Positions 6,591-8,587 of a stretch of 8,587 bases of DNA are shown piece by piece. The notes beneath the pieces are model-generated. The model was not told the DNA's origin, did no database searches, and worked only from the letters and a program-made list of their open reading frames with translations. This DNA is from a virus. Taxonomy: Duplodnaviria; Heunggongvirae; Uroviricota; Caudoviricetes. The translations under genes were made by a program, and so were the position numbers. Position 1 is the first letter of the stretch. Each line of letters starts with the position of its first letter. Location: the IMG/VR virus record IMGVR_UViG_2657245660_000016, positions 1 to 8,587 of that record, one strand, 5' to 3'.

Positions 6591-7061
6591 CTATTTAATA
6601 CTCAGCAACTGCTCGACGGTCATATTTTTAATTGCGCTTCGGTTTACAAGAGTCCAGCCCTGTTTCTCCAGATAAAGGCGGAAAGTGTCCAGGGTACAGA
6701 CGAGAGCGCCATCAGGAACGGTTTCAGTGAATTCGACGTTGCCGAATTTGTCGAAGCGAACAACCAGAGTGCGCCCATCGCCCGGAATGATTTTGTTTGT
6801 GGGAGTGGTATTATTCTGGCGTAGCTCTGCTTCCATGCGGTCGAACTCAGCGATGTAGGCCTCTTTGAATGCAGCGGCTTTTTTGCCAGTGAAACCCATC
6901 ACCAGGAAAACGAAGCCGTTTTTGGTGATTTGGTACATTGGGAGTTTGCGCCCGGTTGAGTCGGTGTATTCACTTGGCTTAAAATTAAGCTCAGTGAATT
7001 CTGAGGAACATTCCAGAGCTTCAATTTTTTGAATGACGTTTTCAATAGCTACATCCAACAT
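6591..7061 (-). CDS. Rha-family phage regulatory protein-like (N-terminal Rha/pRha-type domain, uncharacterised C-terminal half), 156 aa
   Basis: Residues about 30-80 (SEYTDSTGRKLPMYQITKNGFVFLVMGFTGKKAAAFKEAYIAEFDRMEAEL) follow the conserved pattern of Rha-family regulators as I recall it (…Y.dsqGr..pmY.lt.dGF.lLvmgftG.kA..fK..yI..F..mE..L). SD AGGTGAG lies upstream of the ATG at 7061. It occupies the slot where K-12 Rac carries sieB. Confidence 0.65.
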   Translation of the reverse strand: MLDVAIENVIQKIEALECSSEFTELNFKPSEYTDSTGRKLPMYQITKNGFVFLVMGFTGKKAAAFKEAYIAEFDRMEAELRQNNTTPTNKIIPGDGRTLVVRFDKFGNVEFTETVPDGALVCTLDTFRLYLEKQGWTLVNRSAIKNMTVEQLLSIK

Positions 7062-7472
7062 TTTCTCTCACCTTTCATCACTGAAGTGAACTTTGTTGAT
7101 GCGGTGCCTGGTGCCTCCAGGTGACGTTAACCAGTTAACAATTAACGCCGGATAATCCACCCATAACACTGATGCTTTTAACTGTGCCGCGTGCGCTCAG
7201 CCGCATTCACCGCATCACAAAATTCACTTTAAAAAGGGGCGGCAGGGCAGCCACGGAGTAGAACTGATGCCGCCAAGACTACACACAGCAATGTCGTTAT
7301 TTACAACCGGAGGCGCACTCCCACCATTTAAATTTAACAGACAAGACCGACTCTTTATGGATATCGGAAATGCGCCTTCGTGTTGTGCCCGGTTTTATTT
7401 CACCACCTCCGGGCTTTGGTGGTTTCTGCTATACCCCTACAGCGAGAATATTGAATTAATCCAAATAATGGA

Positions 7473-7625
7473 TTAGCAAGTATTTCTGGCAAGCCAGCGA
7501 CGTGCGCCAGCTTCGGTTTTAAACGATTTGCTTTTGGTATACGTCATTGCGGTGAACGCGCCGTCCTGGTTTGGAAACACGCCACATACCAGAGATTCGT
7601 TGTTGCCAAGATCGATAGTATCCAT
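7473..7625 (-). CDS. Small prophage protein, YdaF/YdfA-like (DUF1391-type), 50 aa; absent from the ORF track
   Basis: Hand translation: MDTIDLGNNESLVCGVFPNQDGAFTAMTYTKSKSFKTEAGARRWLARNTC, stop TAA at 7475-7473. A G-rich SD (GGGGAAATGAGG) lies upstream. It is the first gene downstream of the PL-like promoter, as ydaF is in Rac. Family assignment is from memory. Confidence 0.6.
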   Translation of the reverse strand: MDTIDLGNNESLVCGVFPNQDGAFTAMTYTKSKSFKTEAGARRWLARNTC

Positions 7626-7695
7626 GTTGACCTCATTTCCCCTTAACGCCGGGTGGCGGAACTAAAACCTACAGCGCCGTGCTGTTCTTGATGTG

Positions 7696-7796
7696 AATAT
7701 TAGTAACACGGATATTTTAAGTCAACAGTATGGCGTATGATATTTTTGATTTAGTAACTATGTAAATGTTTTTCAAGGGAAAAATATTAGTTACAC
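7696..7796. promoter_or_regulatory. Candidate OL-type operator set: 14-bp direct repeats AATATTAGTAACAC (7696-7709) and AATATTAGTTACAC (7783-7796), plus related TTAGTAACTA (7751-7760)
   Basis: Two copies identical at 13 of 14 positions lie 87 bp apart, with a third partial copy between them. The AATATT/TTAGT motif also recurs in the divergent promoter region at 8363-8368, 8401-8405 and 8412-8417. Confidence 0.4.
7697..7725 (-). promoter_or_regulatory. PL-like early-left promoter (sigma-70 -35 TTGACT, 17-bp spacer, -10 TAATAT, read on the minus strand)
   Basis: The plus-strand agtcaa at 7720-7725 is the -35 and atatta at 7697-7702 is the -10, with an exact 17-bp spacer. The predicted start near 7690 gives a roughly 65-nt leader to the ydaF-like ATG. 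The -10 overlaps a repeated 14-mer. Confidence 0.45.
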
Positions 7797-7821
7797 AGCT
7801 GATTTGCAGAAGTTATGGCAC

Positions 7822-7851
7822 AAAAAAACCGACTAAGACGTCGGTTTTTTT
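7822..7851. terminator. Bidirectional rho-independent terminator downstream of the repressor gene
   Basis: A7 run at 7822-7828, stem ACCGAC (7828-7833) pairing with GTCGGT (7840-7845), loop TAAGAC, T7 run at 7845-7851. It sits 27 nt past the repressor stop. Confidence 0.65.
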
Positions 7852-7877
7852 GTTGTGGATAGGGTAGTGAGTGGTGG

Positions 7878-8339
7878 CTACTGGTTACGTTTCTTTAGTG
7901 CCAGCATGTTCTCGAAGGCTTCCTCATAGAGCTTGTTTAGTCCACGTAGCTGGTTAAGGAGTTTGGCTTTTTCTGACGCAGGTAGAATCTCGAAGAGGTT
8001 AAGTAACTCTGCCTGTTCTTCATTGACCAGCCTCCATCCTTTGCCTGAAAAGCTATCATCATAAGTATCTGATGATCTTACATAATTCATTAAGTCTTTA
8101 AGGTCTTCTCGAATGTCCTCTGGTTTTACCTTTAACAGAGCCGCAAATTTTAGCGCAGCGTCGGTATTTACCGGTATCTTGCCGTTCAGATACTGGCTAA
8201 CGGTGCCTTGAGATTCGAATCCCAACAACTCAGCCGCCAGCTCTTGAGTCAGCTTCAGCTCTTTTTTTCTTGCATTCCATGCGGCTTTTAAATTCTTGCT
8301 CGCTTCTGGAGTTGCAATCACTTCGCGTGTTTTTTTCAT
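7878..8339 (-). CDS. Prophage immunity repressor, CI/RacR-like, HTH-XRE N-terminal domain without LexA-type peptidase domain (153 aa)
   Basis: The N-terminal region LTQELAAELLGFESQGTVSQYLNGKIPVNTDAALKFAALLKVKPEDI is a classic XRE/Cro-CI helix-turn-helix. The C-terminal 60 aa are helical and charged with no Ser/Lys autopeptidase motifs. The gene is divergent from a cro-like gene. There is no SD before the ATG, which suggests a leaderless mRNA as for lambda cI. Confidence 0.85.
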   Translation of the reverse strand: MKKTREVIATPEASKNLKAAWNARKKELKLTQELAAELLGFESQGTVSQYLNGKIPVNTDAALKFAALLKVKPEDIREDLKDLMNYVRSSDTYDDSFSGKGWRLVNEEQAELLNLFEILPASEKAKLLNQLRGLNKLYEEAFENMLALKKRNQ

Positions 8340-8345
8340 ACATAG

Positions 8346-8373
8346 AGTTTATTTGTTTTACCAATATTATCAA
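8346..8373 (-). promoter_or_regulatory. Candidate PRM-like promoter for the repressor (minus strand -35 TTGATA, 16-bp spacer, -10 TAAACT), probably giving a leaderless transcript
   Basis: The -10 ends about 6 nt before the repressor ATG at 8339 and there is no SD, an arrangement like lambda PRM/cI. Motif match is moderate. Confidence 0.3.
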
Positions 8374-8387
8374 AGATAGTCTGACTG

Positions 8388-8416
8388 TTGATCTTTAAAA
8401 TTAGTGGAGCTAATAT
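8388..8416 (+). promoter_or_regulatory. PR-like promoter for the cro-like gene (-35 TTGATC, 17-bp spacer, -10 TAATAT)
   Basis: TTGATC at 8388-8393 and TAATAT at 8411-8416. The SD GAAGG at 8436-8440 sits 6 nt before the ATG at 8447. The -10 uses the same hexamer as the PL-like promoter and lies within an AATATT-containing repeat. Confidence 0.45.
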
Positions 8417-8446
8417 TTGTTCGAGGCATAACGTAGAAGGTTGGCT

Positions 8447-8587
8447 ATGAACTTAAGAGACTATTTAAAAGAGAAACATATCACCCAGTTACAGTTTGGG
8501 AAGCTAACGGGTTTATCTCAGGTGCATGTAAGTCGAGTGCTGGGGGGCTATGAAAGATTCAGCCCTGAAAAAGCATTACGTGTTGCT
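8447..8587 (+). CDS. Cro/YdaS-like HTH DNA-binding protein (5' part only; runs off the window)
   Basis: ATG with good SD. The translation MNLRDYLKEKHITQLQFGKLTGLSQVHVSRVLGGYERFSPEKALRVA has a helix-turn-helix signature (…GLSQVHVSRV…). It is divergent from the repressor, as cro or ydaS is. Confidence 0.75.
   Translation, partial: MNLRDYLKEKHITQLQFGKLTGLSQVHVSRVLGGYERFSPEKALRVA

Larger units (their letters stand above)
604..8587. mobile_element. Rac-like lambdoid prophage, integrase-proximal end through immunity region (partial; continues past window end; left boundary uncertain within 604-734)
   Basis: Gene content switches from host (yebY, sRNA locus) to a contiguous lambda-type early-left module: int, xis, ralR, recT, recE, kilR, repressor and cro-like gene. 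int is transcribed toward the junction, as in lambda (int next to attL). Confidence 0.85.

Noticed and set aside
7126-7146. The GTTAAC/TTAAC repeat cluster as an insertion-sequence terminal inverted repeat
   Set aside because: There is no matching partner repeat or transposase ORF anywhere in the window. It is more likely a protein-binding array and is treated that way in the gap finding.
7267-7476. Plus-strand 69-aa ORF in the gap between the Rha-like gene and the ydaF-like gene
   Set aside because: Rare-codon-rich (AGA, CTA, CGA, GGA), convergent on the early operon, and without a recognisable product. It has a GGAG about 9 nt upstream, so I keep it only as a low-probability candidate mentioned in the gap finding.

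Overview
The window spans the junction between a host locus and the integrase-proximal arm of a Rac-like lambdoid prophage. Host side (1-603): a signal-peptide protein I recognise as YebY-like, a bidirectional terminator, and what reads as the SdsR(RyeB)/RyeA small-RNA locus. From about 735 onward nearly everything is on the minus strand as one leftward early operon: int, xis, a ydaC-like small gene, ralR (Lar-family toxin), recT, recE, ydaE, kilR, a Rha-family regulator where sieB would sit in K-12 Rac, a ~410-bp ORF-free gap, and a ydaF-like small gene. The right end holds the immunity region: a PL-like promoter with repeated operator-like 14-mers, a bidirectional terminator, a CI/RacR-like repressor with no peptidase domain, a divergent promoter region, and the start of a Cro/YdaS-like gene that runs off the window. 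All plus-strand ORFs in the track between 695 and 7476 look like antisense artefacts. I found no tRNA, rRNA, CRISPR array or IS element. Most of this is a recognisable module, not a new system; the parts worth a second look are the Rha-like gene plus the silent gap, the prophage/sRNA junction with its duplicated terminator half, and a possible antisense promoter for the ralR antitoxin. Identifications rest on reading ORF translations and motifs by eye and on recalled family features; no database search was run.
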